Shown: one piece after another, positions 8,380-17,013 of the stretch
How positions within the stretch are numbered: position 1 is the first letter of the stretch
How the letters are laid out: every line of letters begins with the position of its first letter
Assembly (NCBI RefSeq): GCF_003231495.1
Contig: NZ_PQWO01000002.1
Span: 510,001-542,000, forward strand
Source of the DNA: Acaryochloris thomasi RCC1774
Lineage (GTDB): Bacteria > Cyanobacteriota > Cyanobacteriia > Thermosynechococcales > Thermosynechococcaceae
DNA: 32,000 nucleotides
Direction: 5' to 3'
Program-made: the position numbers and the translations under genes
Notes under the pieces: model-generated
Seen by the model: the letters and a program-made list of their open reading frames with translations, nothing else
Told to the model about the DNA's origin: nothing
The model's database searches: none

Positions 8380-8400
8380 AATCTGTTTACAAAAAGTCAA
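8372..8400 (-). promoter_or_regulatory. Candidate sigma70-type promoter of pgr5
   Basis: The minus strand has TTGACT (8400..8395), a 17-nt spacer and TACATT (8377..8372). The -10 hexamer lies inside the first HLR1 half-site. Confidence 0.4.
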
Positions 8401-8666
8401 GTAGCTTGAATGTTTGATTTTTATGTGGTAAATGAAAGCGCCAGAAAAGTGAGCGACTCAATTTCTCGGTGTAGAAGGGGACTTGCTGATATCCCTCGTT
8501 GTTTTTAGCTCTCGTATCTTTTAGTGCAGTGCTTGGGCAGCTATAAAGACTTGAGCTCCTCGTGTAACGAAATATTGCATCTATGTTACATTCTTGTTAC
8601 GTTATTTACAGCCTAATGTTTATGTGCATACAGCAGCTGGATTGAGTTGAGCTTGATCAATGACTG

Positions 8667-9329
8667 GTGCGCTCTATCCATCAAGTTGAGACATTTATTG
8701 TGAAACATACTCTGGGTGCTAAGTCGTTAGATGCTAAGACAATCCTGGCGTTGTACGGTGCGGGTGAGCGCAGCTTTGAGCAGGTGAGCCTGTCTGGGGC
8801 CGATCTCAGTGAATGCCATCTTGATAAAGCCCTCTTTGAAGGGGCTGTCCTGAAGCAGGTAAATCTAACTCAAGCGACTCTGAGGTTCGCGAGCCTAAAG
8901 AAGAGTCAGATTCTAAAGTCCATGCTATGGCGGGTTGATTTGTCTGGGGCTGATTTGCGGCAGGCCGATCTCACCGAGTCCACTTTGATCCGGGCCAACC
9001 TGACTCAGGCGACCCTCTCCGATGCGATCTGGGTTCGCTCAGATTTACGGTTGGCAAACTTACAAAATGCGAACCTTTGCGGTGCTAACTTAGCTGGTGC
9101 CGACTTACGCTATGCCGATCTATCCGGTGCCGATCTATCCGGTGCGACGCTTGTCGGTGCTGATTTGACGGGTGCGATACTTGCGAATGCGACGTTAAGG
9201 CACGCCAGTCTTAGAGGAGCTATCCTCAATCGAGTTGATCTCAGTCAGGTGGCTATCCAAAATTCAGACTGGGAGCCGCACTTTAGTAACCAGCAGCAGA
9301 CATCCCATCAATCCGCGTTCACAGAATAA
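8667..9329 (+). CDS. Pentapeptide-repeat protein
   Basis: About 35 consecutive A(D/N)LxX pentapeptides (ADLSGADLSGATLVGADLTGAILANATL...). They follow the common cyanobacterial N-terminal LALYGAGERSFEQVSLSGADLSE module. The start is uncertain: GTG at 8667 or GTG at 8700. Confidence 0.85.
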   Translation: MRSIHQVETFIVKHTLGAKSLDAKTILALYGAGERSFEQVSLSGADLSECHLDKALFEGAVLKQVNLTQATLRFASLKKSQILKSMLWRVDLSGADLRQADLTESTLIRANLTQATLSDAIWVRSDLRLANLQNANLCGANLAGADLRYADLSGADLSGATLVGADLTGAILANATLRHASLRGAILNRVDLSQVAIQNSDWEPHFSNQQQTSHQSAFTE

Positions 9330-9353
9330 ACCCTCACGCTCTTAGGAGTGTCT

Positions 9354-11327
9354 ATGCCTATGACTGATTCACTTTTGCAGGCACTACGAACAGAACTGCC
9401 GCAACTTCGGTCTCAGATTTACTTCAAGTCAGCACTGACGGCGCTCTCCCATGCATTGGAAGATGTTGTCCTTAAGGGAGATGATCAGCCCTTGGTGATT
9501 GCCAACTTCCAGCAGGAGCGCTTCTATCATCAGGAAATTCGTCGCTACGAGCGAATTGCTGGACTAACCAACCACGTCTATGTTTTAGCGGCCCCTGAAC
9601 GCGAATCTGGATTCGCCGTTAGCTCTGGTCTTTATGAATCCGTGCCGCTTGCGCCGGCTGATGCTTTGAGCCAGGAATGGCATCTTGTTGTTCTGAGTTC
9701 TCGCTTTGCGGCCTGCCTAATTTGTCGGGAGCAGAGTGATGGGGCTGTTATGGACTCGGCCCGACGCTTTGAAGGATTTTGGGGCTTTGATCGTCAGGTG
9801 AGCACTCGGGCGGCTCAGTGGCTTCTACAACGGGTGGTTGAATATCGGCCAGAACTTGCACTGAAGGTCACTCAAACCTTATCAACCTATGGTCTAGATA
9901 CGGCACCTCTTTTATCTTCGTCTATTGTTTCAGACCTGACGGACTCTAGCATCTTTGGGCAGCGCTTGATGACCTATCTGCAGGCGAGTCAGTACAAGCT
10001 ATTGAAGGCCTATCAAGCCCTGGATGATAAGTCGCAGCAGGAGCGGTTGCTCAATGTCGTGACCACAGCCATTCGTCGTTCCTTGGAACCCGAAGAAATT
10101 CTGAGTACTGCCGTTGCGGAGCTAGGACAAGTCTTTAGTCAGTGCCGCTGTCTTTTTTATCGCTGTCAGGCAACGGATGCTGAGGTGACCATCTCTTATG
10201 AGTTTGTTCCGTCTGGAATGAAGCCTCTCACGGGTCGCCCTTGGTCATTGGACAACCCCTTGATGAAGGTGGCCCTTTCTCAGGAACGAGCGACGGCGCT
10301 GTCTAATGTTGCCGATGCGCCGGTTACTCAGTCTCTTCCGCAGATTCAAGCAATCGCCGATCAATTCAACATTCGCGCCTGGTTGCTGATGCCGATTCAA
10401 TATCAAGGCACTGTTCTAGGGATGGTAGAGCTTCACTGTGGCGTTTCGGATGCATCTCGATGGCGAGAGAGCGATATTGTCTTAGTGGAAGCGCTGGCAA
10501 CTCAGGTGGGTGTGGCGCTCTCGCAGGCTGATATGTTCACCAAGTCTGAACTCTTAAATCAGCAGCTTCAGGCATTAGAGCGGACTCAGACTAATCTGCT
10601 TAATATTGTGGGGCACGAACTGCGGACTCCGTTATCCACCATTCAGGTTTGCTTGGAAAGTCTGGAAGGTGAACCTAGCATGGCAGAAGAGATCCGTCAG
10701 ATCATGCTGGAAACCGCACTGGGCGACACGGCTCGAATGCGGAAGTTAATTGGTGATTTCCTTTTACTATCCCGGCTTGAAAGCAAGCAGGAGAAACTGC
10801 AGACAGGATTGATCGAGTTTGATGAGATTTTGGCAATGGCGATTAGCGGTTTGAACACGAATCAGTCTGGGCCACATCCTGAGATTAAAGTGCAGATCCC
10901 GGCTGATTTGCCCCCTGTCAATATTGATGGTGAAGGCTTGTTGGTGGTGTTGATTAAACTGCTAGAGAATGCCTGTAAATTTACGCCTGCCGACGGTCGA
11001 ATTACCGTCAATGCTGAGGTGCAATCTTCTCAAGCCCAAGATGATTTGCAAGTGAAGGTTGAAGATACGGGGCGAGGAATAGAGCCTGAGCAACTGCAAA
11101 CAATCTTCAACTCGTTTTACCAGGGGGAAGACTACCTTCGCCGCAGTGTTGGGGGAACAGGCCTCGGTTTGTCGATTTGTCGCCAGATTATCAAGACAAT
11201 GGCAGGTGAAATCTGGGCTGAATCAGAGGGATATGACCGCGGCAGTACCTTTTACCTGCGAATTCCCCTTGACTCTTTCCAGGCCACCACGACTGAACCC
11301 GTCGCGGAACAATCCAGCGTCAAATAA
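9354..11327 (+). CDS. Soluble sensor histidine kinase, DICT-GAF-HisKA-HATPase_c architecture (paralogue 1)
   Basis: Has a DICT-like N-terminus (YFKSALTALSHALEDVVL...PLVIANFQQERFYHQEIRRYERIA...QEWHLVVLSSRFAACLICRE). A GAF-like region follows, then the H-box VGHELRTPLSTIQ, an N-box LLENACKF, and G-boxes DTGRGI and GGTGLGLSI. I chose ATG 9354 because AGGAG at 9344..9348 lies 5 nt upstream; the ORF track begins at GTG 9348. Confidence 0.9.
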   Translation: MPMTDSLLQALRTELPQLRSQIYFKSALTALSHALEDVVLKGDDQPLVIANFQQERFYHQEIRRYERIAGLTNHVYVLAAPERESGFAVSSGLYESVPLAPADALSQEWHLVVLSSRFAACLICREQSDGAVMDSARRFEGFWGFDRQVSTRAAQWLLQRVVEYRPELALKVTQTLSTYGLDTAPLLSSSIVSDLTDSSIFGQRLMTYLQASQYKLLKAYQALDDKSQQERLLNVVTTAIRRSLEPEEILSTAVAELGQVFSQCRCLFYRCQATDAEVTISYEFVPSGMKPLTGRPWSLDNPLMKVALSQERATALSNVADAPVTQSLPQIQAIADQFNIRAWLLMPIQYQGTVLGMVELHCGVSDASRWRESDIVLVEALATQVGVALSQADMFTKSELLNQQLQALERTQTNLLNIVGHELRTPLSTIQVCLESLEGEPSMAEEIRQIMLETALGDTARMRKLIGDFLLLSRLESKQEKLQTGLIEFDEILAMAISGLNTNQSGPHPEIKVQIPADLPPVNIDGEGLLVVLIKLLENACKFTPADGRITVNAEVQSSQAQDDLQVKVEDTGRGIEPEQLQTIFNSFYQGEDYLRRSVGGTGLGLSICRQIIKTMAGEIWAESEGYDRGSTFYLRIPLDSFQATTTEPVAEQSSVK

Positions 11328-11524
11328 GACTTATTTTTGGATTGCAATCGCCTGCCTGCAGAGTAAACCGCTGTTCGCGGTCAAAACTGGACCTGAGTAA
11401 AAACCAGGTAAATATGTTTCTTGGTCCCTGTTGCTCCAGCCGACTTCTTCGACACATCAAAAACAACCAGATATTCAGATATGCTGGCGATACTCAAGAC
11501 GTCGGACCATATAGCAGTATACAA

Positions 11525-11554
11525 CTGAGCTAAGATAGCCCTTTCTTAGCTCAG
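11525..11554. terminator. Perfect 10-bp hairpin between the histidine kinase and the truncated SDR gene
   Basis: CTGAGCTAAG-atagcccttt-CTTAGCTCAG. It begins 8 nt beyond the SDR-fragment stop on the minus strand and about 200 nt after the kinase stop on the plus strand. Neither side has a strong U-tract. Confidence 0.35.
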
Positions 11555-11561
11555 GTAGATT

Positions 11562-11831
11562 TTAACCATTTTTATGTCCTAATCGATGCTTCTCGACTTC
11601 GCTGCAGGTCACGTCTGCGTCCTGTTCGTTCTCGTGGTAGATGATTGCAATATTGGCTCCCTCTAGGGCAGATGCGATCGCAACTGCTCTCCCAATCCCA
11701 GAATCCTCTCCAGTAATCAACGCCACCTTATCCTTAAACTGATCTGTGGGCCGGTAATTAGACAGATCACTATCTGGCTGATGAACCATATCTGCTTGAC
11801 TCGCTGGAGACTCTAGAAAATAATCCTTCAA
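11562..11831 (-). pseudogene. Truncated short-chain dehydrogenase/reductase (N-terminal 89 aa only)
   Basis: KVALITGEDSGIGRAVAIASALEGANIAIIYHENEQDA is the Rossmann TGxxxGxG start of YghA/YhxC-type SDRs, which are about 285 aa. The ORF stops after beta3, so there is no NNAG or YxxxK region. My translations of the downstream 230 nt show no SDR-like remainder. Confidence 0.6.
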
Positions 11832-11860
11832 AGTGCCGAGATGAGAATCACGGATGACCG

Positions 11861-13531
11861 CTAGGCGCTCCGTTGCAAAATAGAGATTTCAAAGGGGTCT
11901 AGTTTTTCAGGTAAGCAAATGGTTTGACCTTGAGCGAACCGAGTGGACAGTAGGACATTCCAGTCAGAGTCTGTGATAGATGGATCGAGTCTTAGCGGCT
12001 GCTGATCTCCAAAATTAATGATGACCAGCACCCGTTCGTCCTCCACCTCTCGAAGGTAGGTGAGCTGCTCATGGGGATAATCAATCAAAGCGCGCCAGCT
12101 TCCCTCACGCAGCGCCTTACTCTGTTTGCGCAGTTGAATCAGCTGCCGATAAAAGTTGAGGATAGAATCCTGATCGGCCAGTTCAACTTCTACATTAGTG
12201 TCGGTGTAGTTCTCATGCACCGGCAACCACGGCTCTATCTCTTTACCAAAGCTGAAGCCAGCCTGGGCTGAGCAATTCCACTGCATTGGGGTGCGCGCTC
12301 CATCCCGAGGGGAAGAGTCTTGCTCTTGGTCCTCCACTGAGTCGTGCTGCTTTTCAGGCGGAATCGATTCATGATTAACCATGCCCAGCTCTTGACCGTA
12401 GTAGAGCACAGGTGTTCCTCGAACTGTGAGCAGTAGCGTCGCCGCTCCTGTCGCCACCGTCTTTGGATCCGTACATTGGCTGCACTCAATCCAGCGAGAG
12501 AGATGACGAGGAATATCGTGATTATCCAGAAAATATATGGGCCAAGCGCCCTCTGGGGTATCTAGCTCCTGTTTCTGAATCTGCTGCTGAAGATGGCCAG
12601 GGTACCAAGCACTAAAGGGGAACTCAAAGGAAAACGGTAGGTGCAGCTCGTCGTTATCGGTGCCGTAGAAAGAGACGGATTGATAGAGAGAGCTGTCAAT
12701 AAACGTTTCACCAATCAAAACCCGATCGTCATACTCATCAATCACAGATCGAATCTCGCGAATGATCTGATGATTCTCTGGCAGATCGCGATCGTACAAA
12801 TGGTGGTAGCTATCATAGGTGTCTTCATCAGATGCCCCGAATTTAATCGGGTTATCTCGGAATAGCTGATCTTTGCTGTAGACGCTAGAGGCATCGAGCC
12901 GGAACCCATCGACCCCCTTATCTAGCCAAAATCGAATGAGCTGATGAATTTCAGATCTCACGTCAGGATTTGCCCAATTGAGATCGGGTTGGGCTTCTGC
13001 AAAAACGTGAAAGTAATACTGGTTGCGCTGGGGTTCAAAGGTCCATCCACAGTCACCAAAGTATGACCGCCAGTTGTTTGGAACGCCGCCATCCTCTGCC
13101 GGATCTCGCCAGATATACCAATCAGCTTTTGAGTTATCTTGACTTCCTCTTGATTCAGTAAACCAAGCATGTTGATTAGAAGTATGGTTAATGACCAAGT
13201 CAAGGATGACTCTGATCTCCCGCTTGTGGGCTTCGCTCAGGAGTTGCTCAAAGTCAGCCATTGTCCCAAACACCGGATCGATGGCGTAGTAATCACTGAT
13301 ATCGTAACCCCCGTCTTCCAATGGGGATTGGTTGATCGGTGATAGCCAGATAGCGCTGACGCCCAGTGAAGAACCCCCGGGATTTCCATCATTGAGATAG
13401 TCTAATCGGCGGGTGATGCCTGCTAGATCGCCAATGCCGTCTCCGTTACCATCTGCAAAGGTGAGCGGATAGATTTGATAAATGACACCTTTTTGCCACC
13501 ATTTTAGGGGCTGTTCTATCGTCTGACCCAT
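11861..13531 (-). CDS. GH13 alpha-glucosidase / oligo-1,6-glucosidase-like enzyme
   Basis: WWQKGVIYQIYPLTFADGNGDGIGDLAGI..LDYL..LGVSAIWLSPI, DLVINHTS, GVDGFRLDA, IGE, and FLDNHD with the conserved GH13 region I-IV spacing. Length is 556 aa. Confidence 0.9.
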   Translation of the reverse strand: MGQTIEQPLKWWQKGVIYQIYPLTFADGNGDGIGDLAGITRRLDYLNDGNPGGSSLGVSAIWLSPINQSPLEDGGYDISDYYAIDPVFGTMADFEQLLSEAHKREIRVILDLVINHTSNQHAWFTESRGSQDNSKADWYIWRDPAEDGGVPNNWRSYFGDCGWTFEPQRNQYYFHVFAEAQPDLNWANPDVRSEIHQLIRFWLDKGVDGFRLDASSVYSKDQLFRDNPIKFGASDEDTYDSYHHLYDRDLPENHQIIREIRSVIDEYDDRVLIGETFIDSSLYQSVSFYGTDNDELHLPFSFEFPFSAWYPGHLQQQIQKQELDTPEGAWPIYFLDNHDIPRHLSRWIECSQCTDPKTVATGAATLLLTVRGTPVLYYGQELGMVNHESIPPEKQHDSVEDQEQDSSPRDGARTPMQWNCSAQAGFSFGKEIEPWLPVHENYTDTNVEVELADQDSILNFYRQLIQLRKQSKALREGSWRALIDYPHEQLTYLREVEDERVLVIINFGDQQPLRLDPSITDSDWNVLLSTRFAQGQTICLPEKLDPFEISILQRSA

Positions 13532-13753
13532 TCTTCAACGATCCTGGCTTTTGATTTGATATTGGCAGCACATTAATGGAGGAATACATCACAGGAACCT
13601 GTCTATCAGCATCTGAGATAGAAGATGCGATCGCATCCATATAATCGACCTGAATTGGCAAAGAACCATGCTGTACGACTATGTGCCATTAGCAAGTTCA
13701 ACAGTGCCCATGTTAGGAAATCTCGGGAGTGAACGTCAGACATGATGACGACC

Positions 13754-14353
13754 TCATCGCAATACTCTCATTCCAAGGCGTTCATGCCTTTTCCATTGCT
13801 GTTGATTGTGCACAGACTGCCTTTGTGGAAGGGGGCTGAACGGAGTGATGATTGTTTCTGGATCATGACGACTCGGCAGCATTGCGCCAGTGAAATCTGC
13901 TTGGGTGAAGTGTACTTTCTCTAATTGGGCATTCCTCAAGTCTGCGTATCGAAAATCCGCTCTACTCAAGTTCGCACCCTTAAAATTTGCATATCGGAGG
14001 TCCGCTAATCGCAGGTCGGCCTTAATCAGTGAGGCATAGCTTAGATCGGCCTTCCTCAGATCGGCCCGAACCATCATTGAACGATTCAAATTGACATAGC
14101 TGAGCTTGGCTCGTGTCAACTTTGTTCGCCATAGCATTGCCCCCATAATGGTCGAACCCGTTAAATCAACTTGGTGCAGGACAGAATGGCTAAGATTAGC
14201 CCAAGATAGATAGGCTTTTTGCAGCATGGCCTCCGTCAGGTTAACTTCGCTCAAATCGTGATCGTCGAGATCTAAACCACTGAAGTCGCGTTCTCCTTGG
14301 CTGTAGAGAAACAACAGTTCCTGGGTATCAATCGTTCTCATGTTATCGGTCAT
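13754..14353 (-). CDS. Pentapeptide-repeat protein (second copy)
   Basis: Has the same N-terminal module as the 8667 gene (LLFLYSQGERDFSGLDLDDHDLSE), followed by about 25 pentapeptide repeats (ADLRKADLSYASLIKADLRLADLRYANFKGANLSRADFRYADL). It starts 15 nt after the ABC1-kinase stop. Confidence 0.85.
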   Translation of the reverse strand: MTDNMRTIDTQELLFLYSQGERDFSGLDLDDHDLSEVNLTEAMLQKAYLSWANLSHSVLHQVDLTGSTIMGAMLWRTKLTRAKLSYVNLNRSMMVRADLRKADLSYASLIKADLRLADLRYANFKGANLSRADFRYADLRNAQLEKVHFTQADFTGAMLPSRHDPETIITPFSPLPQRQSVHNQQQWKRHERLGMRVLR

Positions 14354-14368
14354 GTCTATTTGTGCTTC

Positions 14369-16111
14369 CTATGGAGCAGAACGATCTAATTTAAAGAAGA
14401 GCAACCGTATCAAGGAGAGCGCTGCTAAAACTGCACCCCCTAATGTTGCGCCACCGACTCGTAGCCAACCCGCCAGAAAGAATTGGGTGGCCGTTAGGGT
14501 GAAGGTGCCAAACAAAAAAGCGTAAATGACGCCCATTGACAGTGTGCTGAGCTGTCGTAGTTCGCGATTGGCTTCCACAGAATTCACCCGCATCTTGAGA
14601 TCGCCCTGCTCTAGTCGATTGAGCGTTGTCTCTAAATGCTGGGGCAGATTTAAGCTGTTATTGGTAAACTCAGCTGCCTGCTGAGTAATCTGCTCTAGAA
14701 ATATATTGGATGTACCGGGACCATCTTCAGCCATGATTTCCTCTGCAAAAGGTTGAGCCACGTCCATGAAGTTGAATTCGGGGTTAAGAGATTTACCAAG
14801 GGCTTCTAATGCCGAGAGCGATCGCAACACAAAGGTAAACTCAGCCGGGAAGCGAAAGGGCTGATTGTAAGTCAACTGATAGAGGTCATCGTTAATGGAA
14901 GCAACTGAAACCTCTTCCTTTTTCTCCAATGCCTGATCAAAATAGCTATCGAGCATGAACTGCACCGATCGCCTCACTGGACCCAAATCTGAGTCAGGCG
15001 CTAAGGCCCCTAATGCCACCATCGACTCCACCACTAGACTGGCATCTTTGTTGAGGATGCCTCTGAAGTTAAGCATCAGCTTGTCTTTGGTCATCGGCGG
15101 AATGCGGCCCATCATGCCAAAATCATAAAAAATCATTCGCCCCTCCGCATCAATCGCCAGATTGCCGGGATGAGGATCGGCATGGAAAAAGCCGTGGTGC
15201 AGCACCTGCCGTAAATAGGATTTAGCCCCTATATCTGCCACCGCAACTCTATCTACCCCAGCCGCAGCCAACGCATCAAAGTTATTGACCTTGATGCCGG
15301 GGACATACTCCATCGTCATCACCCGAGGCGTGGTGTAGCGCCAATGGACGCGGGGCACCACCACATTTGAGATCCCCTGAAAGTTCCGGCGAAAGAGATT
15401 AGCATTGCGACCTTCATTGAGATAATCAAGTTCTCCAAAAAGGCTGGTGTAGCACTCCTCATAGATGCCGATCCAGTCGCTACCCTGCTGGCCCCAAGGG
15501 GTTCGGTATTGCACAAACTTGGCAAAGCTTCTAAGAATCCCTAGGTCAATCGTGAACAGTCGCTGTAGACCTGGGCGCTGCACCTTCACCGCCACTTCTG
15601 CGCCTGATTCTATCTGCGCGTAATGAACCTGCCCGAGGCTAGCGGAGGCAATCGGGATAGGATTAAAGCTGGTATAAATTTTCTCAACTGGATGTCCTAG
15701 TTCTTCTTCAATAATCGTTGCTGCTTGGTTGTAGTCAAAGGCAGGCACCTGATCTTGCAGCTTTGAGAGTTCCTCAATATACTCCGGTGGAAAGAGATCA
15801 GCCCGTGTTGAGAAGAACTGGCCGATCTTAATGAAGGTGGGACCGAGGTGCAGCAGATTCTCTCGAATCCAGATCGCACGTTTTCGATACCGTGGGGCCT
15901 TTACCTCTAAGCTAGAAGGGTCGGAACGATAGCTCCAGGACTGTTGATCAATCCAGAGATAGAGCAAAAACACTAAACCGACCTGTCCAATCTCAATCAA
16001 GCGTCCCAACTGGGTGTAGTTGTTCCGTGACCAGCGGTAGGAATCATAGGATATTGTCGACTTAGGCTTTCCTGAGGCCAACCCTGGGAATTCAATTGCG
16101 ATCACGTTCAC
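14369..16111 (-). CDS. ABC1/UbiB (AarF) atypical kinase family protein with C-terminal TM helices
   Basis: LGPTFIKIGQFFSTRADLFPPEYIEELSKLQDQVP, ASASLGQVH, VAVKVQRPG and FFHADPHPGNL are the ADCK/ABC1 signature motifs. GTG start with AGGAG 4 nt upstream. Confidence 0.9.
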   Translation of the reverse strand: MNVIAIEFPGLASGKPKSTISYDSYRWSRNNYTQLGRLIEIGQVGLVFLLYLWIDQQSWSYRSDPSSLEVKAPRYRKRAIWIRENLLHLGPTFIKIGQFFSTRADLFPPEYIEELSKLQDQVPAFDYNQAATIIEEELGHPVEKIYTSFNPIPIASASLGQVHYAQIESGAEVAVKVQRPGLQRLFTIDLGILRSFAKFVQYRTPWGQQGSDWIGIYEECYTSLFGELDYLNEGRNANLFRRNFQGISNVVVPRVHWRYTTPRVMTMEYVPGIKVNNFDALAAAGVDRVAVADIGAKSYLRQVLHHGFFHADPHPGNLAIDAEGRMIFYDFGMMGRIPPMTKDKLMLNFRGILNKDASLVVESMVALGALAPDSDLGPVRRSVQFMLDSYFDQALEKKEEVSVASINDDLYQLTYNQPFRFPAEFTFVLRSLSALEALGKSLNPEFNFMDVAQPFAEEIMAEDGPGTSNIFLEQITQQAAEFTNNSLNLPQHLETTLNRLEQGDLKMRVNSVEANRELRQLSTLSMGVIYAFLFGTFTLTATQFFLAGWLRVGGATLGGAVLAALSLIRLLFFKLDRSAP

Positions 16112-16163
16112 TGACTCCTGAACATCTGCAAGACCCGTAACAAAACAGGGAAACTTAAAGTGC

Positions 16164-16181
16164 TTTACACTACTTTACAAT
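16164..16181 (+). promoter_or_regulatory. HLR1-like direct repeat in the divergent ABC1K / DUF2993 intergenic region
   Basis: TTTACACT-AC-TTTACAAT has a 10-bp period with one deviation from consensus. A weaker copy, GTTAACAA-AT-GTTACAAA, lies on the opposite strand at 16184..16201. Confidence 0.35.
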
Positions 16182-16248
16182 AATTTGTAACATTTGTTAA
16201 CAAACGCGTTATATTAGAGTCAGTTCACCTACGTAGAATCCTTAAATT

Positions 16249-16983
16249 GTGTTTGGAAACTTAACTGGCCAAGGTGGCGGCGACCAGCTCGTTAGCAAGG
16301 TTGCTAGAACAGCCGTGACGGCTCTGATGAAGCAAACAGACGAGCTAGAGGTAAAGGTTCGTGCTGAGCCCGTAGCCAAGCTGTTGCAGGGAAGCGTGGA
16401 CGGCTTTGACTTTGTGGGCAAAGGCATGAAGATGCACAGTGGCCTGCAGGTTGAGGTGATGGAGATGTATGTACAGGCCGTCTCTATTGACTTTGGCGCA
16501 ATTTTTAAAGGGCAAGTGAAGATCAAGCAGCCGACCCAGGCGTCGATGCGGATTATGCTCACTGAAGAGGACTTGACGGTTTCGTTCAATACGCCCTTCC
16601 TAGTCGAGAAGCTTCAGAAGCTTGAGTATCAGGGCAATCCACTTTATTTCGATAAGACTGAGATTACGCTGAATGATGACCAGTCTTTGCGAATGCAGAG
16701 CCATGTCCGTCCAGGAGAGGCAGGAGATCCGATTGACGTAGATATCACGGCTCGCCTTGAGGTAGAAGATCGTCGCAAGATTCAGTTTATGGATCCTGAC
16801 TATGGCGGTGATGAGCAGGCGGTGGAGCTGGGTAAGGTGTTGACCAACCACGTCAATAGTCTGTTAGATCTGGATCAATTTGCGCTAGACGGTATGCAAT
16901 TACGGGTGGATCGCCTGCGACTGAAGGATAAAAAGATGACGATGTATGGCAATGCCAACATTGAACAATTCCCATCGCGTTGA
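16249..16983 (+). CDS. DUF2993 (LmeA-like) family protein
   Basis: 244 aa starting at GTG. The pattern LEVKVRAEPVAKLLQGSVDGFDFVGKGMKM...VEVMEMYVQAVSIDFGAIFKGQVKIKQPTQASMRIMLTEEDL resembles cyanobacterial DUF2993 proteins as I recall them (not searched). Confidence 0.6.
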   Translation: MFGNLTGQGGGDQLVSKVARTAVTALMKQTDELEVKVRAEPVAKLLQGSVDGFDFVGKGMKMHSGLQVEVMEMYVQAVSIDFGAIFKGQVKIKQPTQASMRIMLTEEDLTVSFNTPFLVEKLQKLEYQGNPLYFDKTEITLNDDQSLRMQSHVRPGEAGDPIDVDITARLEVEDRRKIQFMDPDYGGDEQAVELGKVLTNHVNSLLDLDQFALDGMQLRVDRLRLKDKKMTMYGNANIEQFPSR

Positions 16984-17013
16984 TTTGCACCTGCCTGCTT
17001 TTCTTGCGTCTGA

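Noticed and set aside
8338-8400. 21-codon N-terminal extension of the pgr5 ORF in the track
   Set aside because: Homology to PGR5 starts exactly at the internal Met, which has a strong AAGGAG ribosome-binding site. The extension would also cover the predicted promoter and HLR1 site.
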